From NCBI GenBank assembly GCA_965216325.1, contig OZ244160.1, positions 1,888,001 through 1,952,000 of the forward strand: a stretch of 64,000 nt of DNA. The letters run 5' to 3'. Made by a program: the position numbers and the translations under genes. Under the pieces are notes generated by a model that was not told the origin of the DNA, did no database searches, and worked only from the letters and a program-made list of their open reading frames with translations. The stretch's first letter is position 1, and each line of letters starts with the position of its first letter. Source of the stretch: Coraliomargarita sp. (GTDB lineage Bacteria > Verrucomicrobiota > Verrucomicrobiia > Opitutales > Coraliomargaritaceae). Positions 52,498-62,468 of the stretch are shown here, one piece after another.

Positions 52498-52568
52498 TCA
52501 GATGACAGAAGTCAGAAAACAGAGGTCAAAGAAGACTGGCTTCTGACCTCCGGTCTCTGGCCTCTGAA
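52498..52568. repeat. Gene-less inverted heptamer-repeat hairpin filling the nrdD-nrdG gap
   Basis: TCAGATG ACAGAAG TCAGAAA ACAGAGG TCA ... CTTCTGA CCTCCGG TCTCTGG CCTCTGA. Confidence 0.7.
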
Positions 52569-52569
52569 C

Positions 52570-54744
52570 TCACAGGTGTTTCACACGGCGTTTCACTTCT
52601 TCCTGTTTGCCGGCGTTGAAGGGGCGGGCATCAGGGTTGCCGAGGTAACCGCAGACGCGGCGCGTGACCGAGACTCGGGTGGGCTCGTTGTTCCCGCAGC
52701 TCGGGCAGGTGAAGCCGCTGGAGCTGCATTCGAATTCGCCCGTGTAGCTGCAGTCGTAGCATTCGTCGATCGGGGTGTTGGTGCCGTAGTAGGGCACGCG
52801 CTCGTAGCTGTAGTCCCAGACATTTTCCAAGCCTTCAAGGTTGTGCTGCATGTTGGGATATTCGCCGTAGCAAATGAATCCGCCGCTCGCGACCGCAGGG
52901 TAGGCCATTTCGAAGTCGAGTTTGGCGTACGGGTTCACCTTCTTTTCGACATCCAAGTGGAAGCTGTTGGTATAATATCCCTTATTGGTGACATTTTCTA
53001 TTTGACCAAACTTCTTGAGGTCCAATCCGCAGAAGCGGTCGCATAGGTTCTCGCTTGGTGTGCTATAGAGGCTAAAGCCGTAGCCGGTTTCGGTCTTCCA
53101 GGCGTCGACGGCTTCACGTAACACTTCAATGATATGGAGTGCCTTCTTCTGTAGCTCGAAGTCGTCGTAGACGTGGCCTTTGCCGTAGAGCGCGTTGATC
53201 GTCTCGTGCAGGCCAATGTAGCCGAGGCTAATAGACGCGCGGCCGCTTTTGAAAATGTCTGAAATTGAGTCGTCTGCATTGAGGCGAACGCCGCAGGCGC
53301 CTTGCATGTAGAGAATTGGGGCCACGCGTGCTTTGACATTCTCCAAGCGGGCGATGCGCGTGTCGAGCGCACGGCGTGCGAGTGTGAGGCGCTCACGCAG
53401 GATCTTGAAAAAGCGCTTCTCGTCCCCATTGGCCTCGAGCGCGATGCGTGGCAAGTTGAGGCTGACGACGCCGAGGTTGTTGCGGCCTTCGTGCTGCTCT
53501 TTGCCATCACATTCGTAGGCGCCGAGGAAGCTGCGGCAGCCCATCGGGAACTTGAACGAGCCGGTGATCTTGATGGTTTGCTCGTAGTTCAGAATGTCGG
53601 GATACATCCGCTGGCTCGCGCACTTGAGTGCGAGTTGCTTGATGTCGTAGTTCGGGTCCTCCGCTTTGCGGTTGAGACCCTCACGGATCGCGAACACGAG
53701 CTTGGGAAAGACGGGGGTCTTGCGGCGCTTGCCGAGGCCGCGGATGCGGTTGTTGAGGATGGCGGTTTGGATGAGCTTGGCCTGCCAGCCCTCGCCGAGA
53801 CCAAAGCCAAAGGTCACGAACGGCGTCTGTCCATTGGCGGTGTGGAGTGTATTGACTTCGTACTCGAGCGATTGGAAGGCGTCGTTGCACTCCTTCTCCG
53901 TGAGGGCCATCGCGTAGGCTTCCGGATCTTTGACGCCCCATTCATTCCCCGTGGCGAGGTGCTTGTCGTAGCTCGCAGTAACGTAAGGGGAGAGTACTTC
54001 ATCGATGCGATTGATCGTGGTGCCGCCATAGATGTGGCTGGCGACCTGCGCAATGATTTGTGCGGTGACTGCAGTCGCGGTGGAAATGGATTTGGGCGGC
54101 TCGATCTCGGCGTTGCCCATCTTGAAGCCCTGCGTGAGCATGCCTTCGAGGTCAATGAGCATGCAGTTGAACATCGGGAAGAAGGGGGCGTAATCCAGGT
54201 CGTGGTAATGGATGTCGCCGGATTCGTGGGCATCGACGATGTCCTTGGGTAACATGTATTGCTTGGCGTAGTGCTTGGCGATGATGCCAGCCAGCAAGTC
54301 TCGCTGGGTTGGGATGACACGCGCGTCCTTGTTGGCGTTCTCGTGCAGCAGTTCGGCGTTACTTTGGCCTACGAGGCCTTCGATCTCACGACTGAGCTTG
54401 CTGACGCGTTCGCGGGCGACGTCGCGGTCACGGCGATATTCAATGTAGGCGCGGGCAAGTTCCTTGTAAGGGCCCTCCATCAGCTCGTTCTCGACGAGTT
54501 TCTGGATTTCGGTCACGCAGATGTCTGCCGAGCCGACAAGTTTCGCGGTGACGGCTGCAGTTACTTGGCCGGCGTAGGCAAAGTCGTCGATGTTGGCAGT
54601 GCGCCCAGCCTTGTAGACTGCCTGGGCAATTCGCTCCGCCGAAAAGGGGGTGGAACTCCCATCCCGTTTTTTAACAACGGGATAGGGGAAGGATTGGGGA
54701 GTTTCGAAAAGAGTAGACTGTATGGCACTAGATGTCGGAAGCAT
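52570..54744 (-). CDS. nrdD: Class III anaerobic ribonucleoside-triphosphate reductase with ATP cone
   Basis: VKKRDGS ATP cone, ENANKD, FNC, MGCRSFL, YTNSFH, CxxC...CxxC and RVCGYLG glycyl-radical motif; start chosen at ATG 54744. Confidence 0.97.
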   Translation of the reverse strand: MLPTSSAIQSTLFETPQSFPYPVVKKRDGSSTPFSAERIAQAVYKAGRTANIDDFAYAGQVTAAVTAKLVGSADICVTEIQKLVENELMEGPYKELARAYIEYRRDRDVARERVSKLSREIEGLVGQSNAELLHENANKDARVIPTQRDLLAGIIAKHYAKQYMLPKDIVDAHESGDIHYHDLDYAPFFPMFNCMLIDLEGMLTQGFKMGNAEIEPPKSISTATAVTAQIIAQVASHIYGGTTINRIDEVLSPYVTASYDKHLATGNEWGVKDPEAYAMALTEKECNDAFQSLEYEVNTLHTANGQTPFVTFGFGLGEGWQAKLIQTAILNNRIRGLGKRRKTPVFPKLVFAIREGLNRKAEDPNYDIKQLALKCASQRMYPDILNYEQTIKITGSFKFPMGCRSFLGAYECDGKEQHEGRNNLGVVSLNLPRIALEANGDEKRFFKILRERLTLARRALDTRIARLENVKARVAPILYMQGACGVRLNADDSISDIFKSGRASISLGYIGLHETINALYGKGHVYDDFELQKKALHIIEVLREAVDAWKTETGYGFSLYSTPSENLCDRFCGLDLKKFGQIENVTNKGYYTNSFHLDVEKKVNPYAKLDFEMAYPAVASGGFICYGEYPNMQHNLEGLENVWDYSYERVPYYGTNTPIDECYDCSYTGEFECSSSGFTCPSCGNNEPTRVSVTRRVCGYLGNPDARPFNAGKQEEVKRRVKHL

Positions 54745-54770
54745 GTGCCTACTAATCACTACATCTAGTG
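54726..54770. promoter_or_regulatory. Tandem NrdR boxes
   Basis: CACTAGATGTCGG (54726) and CACTACATCTAGTG (54757) start 31 bp apart at the nrdD start. Confidence 0.75.
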
Positions 54771-54939
54771 GATTCGCTAGCAGAATTTAGAGCCGACGCG
54801 GATGTATTAGGCGTCGAAAAGTTGCCAATGGCGGGGCCTAATAAGCTGAGTCATGTAGGGCTTCTGCTTGCAGAATGCCGCTCGTGTGAATTGGCGTCGT
54901 GCAAGCACGAGCCCGGGGCCGTAGTCAGTGATCAGAAAT

Positions 54940-54962
54940 CCGCCTAAAGGCGGGACCCCAAC

Positions 54963-54963
<1 letters not shown>
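54940..54963 (-). repeat. REP-like palindrome directly after the purM stop
   Basis: Minus strand GGTTGGGGTCCCGCCTTTAGGCGG matches the 50207 copy at 22 of 24 positions. Confidence 0.7.
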
Positions 54964-56171
<1,208 letters not shown>

Positions 56172-56184
56172 GATGCGAAAGGTG

Positions 56185-56216
56185 AACCGTTAATTTACGT
56201 TAATTGACGTTAATTT
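56185..56216. repeat. Left 32-bp inverted repeat of the GxxExxY cassette
   Basis: AACCGTTAATTTACGTTAATTGACGTTAATTT; 30/32 match to the reverse complement of 56656..56687. Confidence 0.9.
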
Positions 56217-56264
56217 TTTTGCGATAAATGCGTGAGGCTGAAAATGCGTGTTTTAGAATTTGGC

Positions 56265-56648
56265 TTATGATGGAGCTAGTGTGACTTTGCGCCACTGTAA
56301 ACTTGGGTGTTTGAAATTGATGATGAGTCCAGTGGTTTTTCCAGTGATGCGTAAATATGTGAGCATCTGGCCTAGCTCGTAGTCACCGATGGCTTCGATG
56401 GTTTTGGTGTCTACTATGAGCGCTTCCTCGACTTCAAGGTCTGGGATGTATTCGTCTACCTTAATGTCTCGATAGAGGACAGGATAGTTGGCTTGTTGAG
56501 TAAATGAAATGCCGAGGTGTTTCAGTTCCACGCATAGCGCACGCTCGTAGGTCTTCTCCCTTAAGCCGTAACCAAGGGTGGAGTGCACGGTCATAGCCGC
56601 ACCAACAACGCGATAGATCAAATCATCGATGTCCTCAGGCTCCGTCAT
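56265..56648 (-). CDS. GxxExxY protein (PD-(D/E)xK-like fold)
   Basis: VHSTLGYGLREKTY, IPDLEVE...IVDTK, QMLTYL and GLIINF motifs. Confidence 0.92.
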   Translation of the reverse strand: MTEPEDIDDLIYRVVGAAMTVHSTLGYGLREKTYERALCVELKHLGISFTQQANYPVLYRDIKVDEYIPDLEVEEALIVDTKTIEAIGDYELGQMLTYLRITGKTTGLIINFKHPSLQWRKVTLAPS

Positions 56649-56655
56649 GCGAGAG

Positions 56656-56687
56656 AAATTAACGTTAATTGACGTAAATTAACGGTT
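56656..56687. repeat. Right 32-bp inverted repeat of the GxxExxY cassette
   Basis: AAATTAACGTTAATTGACGTAAATTAACGGTT, touching the plsC stop codon. Confidence 0.9.
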
Positions 56688-57328
56688 TAAATCACCACTT
56701 CCTGCGGTGGTTGGAGTGCGGCGATGCGTTCCATGATTCGGCGGGAGGCTTCGAGGTAGCGCTCGGGGTGGTCTTTGCCCGGGTCGATCTCTTCTGTGGT
56801 CATGGGTTCGCCGTAAACGATTTGAATGTGGCCGCCGAGCTCGGGGAGTTTGCGGTGGCGTCCATAGGCTTCGTAGGTGCCGAAGAGTCGAGTCGGAATC
56901 ACGGTTGCGCGGGACTTGCAGGCAATCATGCCCGCGCCCGGCTTGGGTGATTGTAGGGCGCCGTCCGCTGAACGCGTGCCTTCCGGATAGATCGCGATCG
57001 AGCCCTTATTCTTGAGGGACTTGAAAATGGCTTTGAGGGAAGAGACGTCTGCGTTTTCGCGGGAGACCGGAATGGTGCCGATGGCTTCGAGGCCCTTGCC
57101 GAATTGCCCTTTAAAGAGCGTGTCGCGGGCGAAATAGTTGATCTGGCGCATGACTTGGCAGCCGATTGCGGGCGGATCGAAGAAACTGACGTGGTTGGCC
57201 GCAAAGATCACGCTGCCCTTCAGCGGAACTGCATCGATGTTGGTCGTGCTGTAGTCGTATAAGGTGTTGAAGAACCAGTCGGCGGTGACGCGGACGGCCT
57301 CATACAGTGGTGGAATTTGCGGACGCAT
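56687..57328 (-). CDS. plsC: 1-acyl-sn-glycerol-3-phosphate acyltransferase
   Basis: NHVSFFD and YPEGTRS motifs. Confidence 0.88.
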   Translation of the reverse strand: MRPQIPPLYEAVRVTADWFFNTLYDYSTTNIDAVPLKGSVIFAANHVSFFDPPAIGCQVMRQINYFARDTLFKGQFGKGLEAIGTIPVSRENADVSSLKAIFKSLKNKGSIAIYPEGTRSADGALQSPKPGAGMIACKSRATVIPTRLFGTYEAYGRHRKLPELGGHIQIVYGEPMTTEEIDPGKDHPERYLEASRRIMERIAALQPPQEVVI

Positions 57329-57331
57329 AGT

Positions 57332-57365
57332 TCAGAAATCAGAGATCAGAAGCCAGAGGTCAGAC
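57332..57365. repeat. Single heptamer-repeat arm just upstream of plsC
   Basis: TCAGAAA TCAGAGA TCAGAAG CCAGAGG TCAGA. Confidence 0.65.
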
Positions 57366-57376
57366 GATTACTAGGT

Positions 57377-57430
57377 GGTGGGAAACGCTCTATCGTTTCC
57401 GTTGGTGGCAATGACGGAGCATTGCCCGCC
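57377..57430. repeat. Inverted REP-like doublet
   Basis: GGTGGGAAACGCTCTATCGTTTCC and the inverted partner GGCGGGCAATGCTCCGTCATTGCC, 6 bp apart. Confidence 0.6.
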
Positions 57431-57458
57431 AATATTGTGGTGACTGAATGAAATAGTT

Positions 57459-58136
57459 TTACGGGTTAAGGATGAGTTGAGCGATGTGCGCGACGACGCC
57501 TTCCAGTGTGAGCGGGCCGGTGTCGACGCGGGTGGCTCCCTCCGGGCAGGTGAGCGGTGCGGTTTTGCGCTGGCTGTCGAGTTTGTCGCGTTCGGCGATG
57601 GAATCGGTTTGGCCCTCTTTGGCGCGGCGTGCGGCACGGGTGGCTTCGTCGGCAAAGAGGAAGAAGCGATGTTTGGCGTCTGGGAAGATGACGGAGCCGA
57701 TGTCGCGGCCTTCCATGATTAGGCCGGCGTAGCCGTTTGCTTGGGCGACCTCTGCTTGGCTGCGCTGGTAGTCGAAGAGCGCGCTGCGCACGGCTTCGAT
57801 GGCAGCGAATTTGGACACGTTGGCATTCACCTCCGGCGAACGGATGTCTGCGTCGGCGGGGACTTGTCCGTTAATACTGAGACGCGCAGTGCGGCCTTCG
57901 AGTTTGGTGCCGAGGGTTAGTTTTCCTAGCAGGGTTCCGAGCTCATCGTTGGAGCAGGTCGGGAGACCTGCGCTCCCGGTTTCTTGGAGCAGTGCGTAAG
58001 TCAGCGTGCGATAGTGCGAGCCCGTATCGACGTGCATGCAGTTGAGTTGCTCTGCAAGCAGGCGGGAGGTGGAGGACTTGCCAGTTGCCGCGCCGCCGTC
58101 GATTGCGATGATCTTAAAGTCGGCCGAATTAGGCAT
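57459..58136 (-). CDS. cmk: Cytidylate kinase
   Basis: IAIDGGAATGKSS, DTGSHYR, EGRDIGSVIFPDA and RDKLDSQR motifs; start at ATG 58136. Confidence 0.93.
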   Translation of the reverse strand: MPNSADFKIIAIDGGAATGKSSTSRLLAEQLNCMHVDTGSHYRTLTYALLQETGSAGLPTCSNDELGTLLGKLTLGTKLEGRTARLSINGQVPADADIRSPEVNANVSKFAAIEAVRSALFDYQRSQAEVAQANGYAGLIMEGRDIGSVIFPDAKHRFFLFADEATRAARRAKEGQTDSIAERDKLDSQRKTAPLTCPEGATRVDTGPLTLEGVVAHIAQLILNP

Positions 58137-59484
58137 CACGCAGCGCCTCCAGTGCTTCGAAGAAATCCGGGAAGGTTTTGCCGCAGCAGGACGGATCTTT
58201 GATGGCAAGCCAAGGCTGGCCATCGCCGAGCAAATTGTAGCTACCAAGGATCGCAAAGCTCATTGCGAAGCGGTGGTCCTCGTAGGTGTCGATTTCGATC
58301 AGTTTGCCTTCATTGCGGAAAGCCATCGCGCGGGCACGGAGCTCGTTTGGTTTTTGGCTGATGGTGAGTGCATCGTCCTCTTCCTTTACGAGCTGGCCGA
58401 GCTTGGAGAGCTCGTTGGCCATGCCTGCGATGCGGTCGGTCTCTTGGCGACGGGTGTGGCCAATACCACAAATGCGCACCGATCCACCGAGTAGCGGGGC
58501 GATCGCCGCGTAGGTGAGGAAAGTATCGGAGAAATGGTTGAAATCGATTTCGCGGTGGCCGCGCTGGATGTCGGCGGGGGCGGCGCAGCTTGCTTTCCAG
58601 GCGTTGCTGTCGGCGTCGACGCGCAGGCCGTGGTGTGCGAGCACTTCGACAAAGTGGGCGTCGCCTTGAAGGGGATCGGGGCCGAGGTTGGGCAATTCGA
58701 GTTGACCGCCTTGGATGAGCGTAAGCGCGAGGAAGTAGCTGGCGGCCGAGACGTCTGGCTCGATGGTGTAAACTTCAGGGTTTTTATAGCTCACTGGCTC
58801 GAGCTGGTAAACTCCGTCTGCGTCGGCGAGCACTGGAGCGGCTCCGAAGGCTTCGCGCATCTTCAGAGTGATGGCCACATAAGAGGGGCGCACGTCTGGG
58901 GAGATGAGCTTTACAGCAGCGCTGCCGGCTGGAGCAGCCAGTAGGAGGGCAGAGAGGATTTGGCTGCTCGCGGTGGCGTCGACGATGGTTTCGCCGCCAT
59001 TGAACCCCTTGGCTTTGAGTGTGAAGGGGAAGTGGCCTTCTTGGCCGTGAAACTCGAACTCCGCTGCACCGAGCTTCACGAGTGCATCGATGAGTCCGGA
59101 CATCGGGCGTTCACGCATGGCCGGGTCGCCGTCGAGCGTATATTCACCGCCAGCTTCGAGCGCGAGCATCGCAGTCAGAAAGCGTGCTGCAGTGCCGGCA
59201 TTGCCGACATCGAGTGTCGCCTTCTTATTTGGGATGCGGCCAGCGCCACCTTGGATTTGGATGGTGTTCGCTGTGGCATCAGCTTTGTGGCTGAAGCCCA
59301 GTTCTTTAAGCGCCTGCAGCATGATTTGGGTGTCACGGCTGAAGAGGGCGCCCTGTAGCGTTGTTTCGCCGCTAGCGAGCGCTGCCAAGACGAGTGCTCG
59401 GTTGGTGATGCTCTTGGAGCCGGGAAGTGTGAGGGTGCTTCCGAGTAGGCCGGTGAAGGGAGTGATCGGGAGAGGGTCGTTCAT
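58129..59484 (-). CDS. aroA: 3-phosphoshikimate 1-carboxyvinyltransferase
   Basis: PGSKSITNR, GNAGTAARF, SSQ, QETDRI, DHRFAMS and KTFP motifs. Confidence 0.95.
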   Translation of the reverse strand: MNDPLPITPFTGLLGSTLTLPGSKSITNRALVLAALASGETTLQGALFSRDTQIMLQALKELGFSHKADATANTIQIQGGAGRIPNKKATLDVGNAGTAARFLTAMLALEAGGEYTLDGDPAMRERPMSGLIDALVKLGAAEFEFHGQEGHFPFTLKAKGFNGGETIVDATASSQILSALLLAAPAGSAAVKLISPDVRPSYVAITLKMREAFGAAPVLADADGVYQLEPVSYKNPEVYTIEPDVSAASYFLALTLIQGGQLELPNLGPDPLQGDAHFVEVLAHHGLRVDADSNAWKASCAAPADIQRGHREIDFNHFSDTFLTYAAIAPLLGGSVRICGIGHTRRQETDRIAGMANELSKLGQLVKEEDDALTISQKPNELRARAMAFRNEGKLIEIDTYEDHRFAMSFAILGSYNLLGDGQPWLAIKDPSCCGKTFPDFFEALEALRDA

Positions 59485-60338
59485 GACTTTGCGCAAGTGA
59501 GTTGGTCGCGGTAGGTTTTGCCTTGTTGTAGCAGGTTTTTGACTGCGCCTGCGTTTTCTTCTCTGAGCGCCTGCTTAAAGTGTTTTAGTTGCTTTTCGAG
59601 CCCGTCGATTGCGGTGAGCACCTCGCTACGGTTTTGCTCGAGGATTTGTAGCCATAGGCCTGGATCGCCACTGGCGACGCGGGTGCAATCGCGCAGGCCT
59701 GGCCCGGAGAGTGCTTTCCAATTGGCGTCTTTGCCGGAGAGGTAGCCGCAGAGCACGGAAGCGAGTAAGTGTGGCAAGTGGCTGATGTGTGCGACGATTT
59801 CGTCGTGCTGCTCGGGGGTGGTGGCCGCCACGCACATGCCAAGAGCTTCCCAGAACGCAGTCAGTTGATCGATTTGTGGAATTGGAGCATTTGGCTCGGG
59901 GGTGATGATGCAGGCGGCGTTTTGAAAGAGATCGGGCTTTGCGTTCTCCAGGCCGGTTTGTTCGGAGCCAGCCATTGGGTGTGAGCCGATGAAGGTGGCC
60001 TGATTACCGATGGAGGTGTTCGCGCGGGAGCAGATTTCGTTTTTGGTGCTGCCGACGTCGGTTACGAGCGCTCCCGGGTTTAGGTGGCTTACGACCGTCT
60101 CCAACAGTGGTGGAATGGTCTCTACAGGTGTGCAAATGACCACGAGCTCACTGTCTTTGACGGCTGCTTCTGGGGTGTCGAACACGGCATCGCACCAGCT
60201 TTGCTGCTGGCACAGTTCACGGGTCTCAGGGCGGCGAGACCATGCGACGACGCGCGACGCTAGCTGACGCTCTTTGGCTGCGATGGCCAGTGAGGCGCCC
60301 AATAGTCCCGGGCCGAGTATGGTGATTTGTGCAAACAT
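59481..60338 (-). CDS. tyrA: Prephenate dehydrogenase
   Basis: GPGLLGAS, DVGSTK, HPMAGSE and SHLPH motifs. Confidence 0.92.
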   Translation of the reverse strand: MFAQITILGPGLLGASLAIAAKERQLASRVVAWSRRPETRELCQQQSWCDAVFDTPEAAVKDSELVVICTPVETIPPLLETVVSHLNPGALVTDVGSTKNEICSRANTSIGNQATFIGSHPMAGSEQTGLENAKPDLFQNAACIITPEPNAPIPQIDQLTAFWEALGMCVAATTPEQHDEIVAHISHLPHLLASVLCGYLSGKDANWKALSGPGLRDCTRVASGDPGLWLQILEQNRSEVLTAIDGLEKQLKHFKQALREENAGAVKNLLQQGKTYRDQLTCAKS

Positions 60339-60493
60339 GACTCTGTCTTGAAACGTCGTTTATGATTTGAAGTCGAGAGCGAAATCCTGCACGCCCATAA
60401 CATCCGGTGAAGCCTTTTGCCTTGCGGGACTCCTCGGATACGGGCAATTAGGCAGATTACAGTTTTCTGCTCCGTATCTACCTATTTTTGGCT

Positions 60494-62236
60494 ATGCCCA
60501 AACGTCGACGTCTCCCTCACGAAAAAAGCCTGTTTCAACGGCTACTGATTATCTTTGGAGTGATCTTGCTCTGTGCCGCTGTGCTTGCTGGATTCTGGCT
60601 GCTGACCAAGCTGGGACCTCAGCAGGTCGATTACAGCAAGGTCGATATGAGCGTTGGTGTTTCTGAGGAGGCGCTCGCGAGCAAGGAGCAGAGTATTGAG
60701 TTTGAGGCCCAGTATGAAGAAATTTTGGTCCTTCGTGATGCTGAAGAGGTGGATATTCAATTATTGCAGCAGGCATTGGAAGCTCAGGAGCGGTATATCA
60801 AGTTGCTGCCTAAGTATGATGGGGATGCGATTGCTCGTCGGGATAATTTATTGAAGCGTTATCAGCATGTTGTGGCTGCTGCTTTGTTGGAGGAGAGTAT
60901 CGAGTATGCCAGTGAAGCTGAGGCCTTGAAGGATAAAGGAGACCTGCCTGCTGCACAGTTGGCCTTTCAGCGTGCCTATGAGTTGCAGGAGACCATTAAT
61001 AAAGAGTATACGATGAGCAACTCGCGTAACCCTAGCCGTGCCGCGACCCTGTTGCGTGAGGTGGGCTTTCTTGCGGCCGAACCCTTGTTCCTAGAGAGTG
61101 TTCGTTTGGAGGAAGCAGCGGATTCTCTACTTCAAAAGCAGGATTGGGAGGGCGCTGAGGCAGCGCTCAAGCAGGCGATGGAGTTGCAGGATCGAATCAA
61201 TCGTAAGCATCGCAATTCAAAGCAGTCGGACGTGGCCCGTTATGAGCGGCTTAAGATTAAGCGTGTTGGTATTTTGTCCGGGCAGGATCAGGTTGAGATT
61301 GAACGAATTTCAAAGATGGCCGATGAGCGCAGAGTCGCTGGGGAGAATTTGGAGGCTGCTAGTTTGTATGACGAGGCGAGCCGTTTACAGCAGGCGCTGA
61401 ATCGAGAGTATCCGGAGAGCCCTTATGCGTCGACTGAACGAGTCACTGAATTCATCCGCAAGAGCCAGACTGCGCAGAGCTTTGAACTGGGTCTGGAGAT
61501 CGAGGCGAATGATGATCGCTTGACTGGCTTGCTCGCGCAGCGTCGAACGCACGAGGCCACTGAAGTGATTACCTTGCTGCGCCGCGATATTAAGCAGATG
61601 CAGGAAACATATCCGCGCAGTTCATTGAATAGTGAGGAGCAGCAAGTTAAAATTCGCTATCTCAATTTGGTGCAGAACGAAATCGCGTTTATTCAGGAGC
61701 GGATTTATGAGTCGCTTTTGCCGATTCCTGAGGAGGAAGGGTGGCAAATGCTTCGCACGGAAGTGCCGCAGGGGCTCTACGAGTTGTTGATGGGCACAAA
61801 CCCAAGTCGTAATGTTGGTGGGGCGAATCCGGTGGATTCCGTGAGTTGGGTGGAGGCGAAGACTTTTTGTCGCCGGCTTTCGTGGATTATGGGTAAACCT
61901 GTTCGGTTGCCGAGTGAGAACGAGTTCCGTCAAGCTTTAGGGCGTTTGCGCTATGTGGTGTTGGAGGATTTGGTGTGGAGTGTATCAGATGCGGATGGAG
62001 TGGCGCAACCGGTTGGCAAAAAGCAGCCGTTTGAGAGTGGTTACTTCGATTTGCTGGGTAATGTAAGTGAGTGGTTGGAATCCGAAGATCGTTTTGATTC
62101 GGAGTCGGCGAAGCATATCGGCGGGCATGCCGCAGATAGTTTGGAGGCGATTTTCACTGTGCCCATGAGAGATTCACCGAGAAATGAGCGCAATCGTGTG
62201 ACTGGCTTCCGGATTGTGATGAGGGTGTCGCGCTAG
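60494..62236 (+). CDS. Membrane-anchored helical-repeat protein with C-terminal FGE/SUMF1-like domain
   Basis: TM segment, long alpha-helical region, then NPS, PVDSVSW, RLPSENE, DLLGNVSEW and GFR. Confidence 0.8.
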   Translation: MPKRRRLPHEKSLFQRLLIIFGVILLCAAVLAGFWLLTKLGPQQVDYSKVDMSVGVSEEALASKEQSIEFEAQYEEILVLRDAEEVDIQLLQQALEAQERYIKLLPKYDGDAIARRDNLLKRYQHVVAAALLEESIEYASEAEALKDKGDLPAAQLAFQRAYELQETINKEYTMSNSRNPSRAATLLREVGFLAAEPLFLESVRLEEAADSLLQKQDWEGAEAALKQAMELQDRINRKHRNSKQSDVARYERLKIKRVGILSGQDQVEIERISKMADERRVAGENLEAASLYDEASRLQQALNREYPESPYASTERVTEFIRKSQTAQSFELGLEIEANDDRLTGLLAQRRTHEATEVITLLRRDIKQMQETYPRSSLNSEEQQVKIRYLNLVQNEIAFIQERIYESLLPIPEEEGWQMLRTEVPQGLYELLMGTNPSRNVGGANPVDSVSWVEAKTFCRRLSWIMGKPVRLPSENEFRQALGRLRYVVLEDLVWSVSDADGVAQPVGKKQPFESGYFDLLGNVSEWLESEDRFDSESAKHIGGHAADSLEAIFTVPMRDSPRNERNRVTGFRIVMRVSR

Positions 62237-62308
62237 ATACTCAAGGTTTGTAATTAATCAGTAACTTAAAGTTGCCGAGGCAATGAAGTCTTGCATACTA
62301 TTTTGACG

Positions 62309-62449
62309 ATGTCGGATCAGTCATCAGAGAAAGACAGCCAGCTTGAACTGCGGGCACAGCGTGTGCAGCGGTGGATCTATATCGCAATGGCTGTTTTTAT
62401 CGTGTTGCCGTTCATCCTTGCGTGGTTGACGGGCGCAATCCGGTTTTAG
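62309..62449 (+). CDS. Small (46 aa) single-pass membrane protein
   Basis: MSDQSSEKDSQLELRAQRVQRWIYIAMAVFIVLPFILAWLTGAIRF*; fills the gap 19 bp before the next gene; below the ORF-track length cutoff. Confidence 0.6.
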   Translation: MSDQSSEKDSQLELRAQRVQRWIYIAMAVFIVLPFILAWLTGAIRF

Positions 62450-62468
62450 CGCAGCGAGGGGCTTAGTT

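Noticed and set aside
53302..54768. Plus-strand ORFs of 316 and 169 aa
   Set aside because: Antisense shadows of nrdD.
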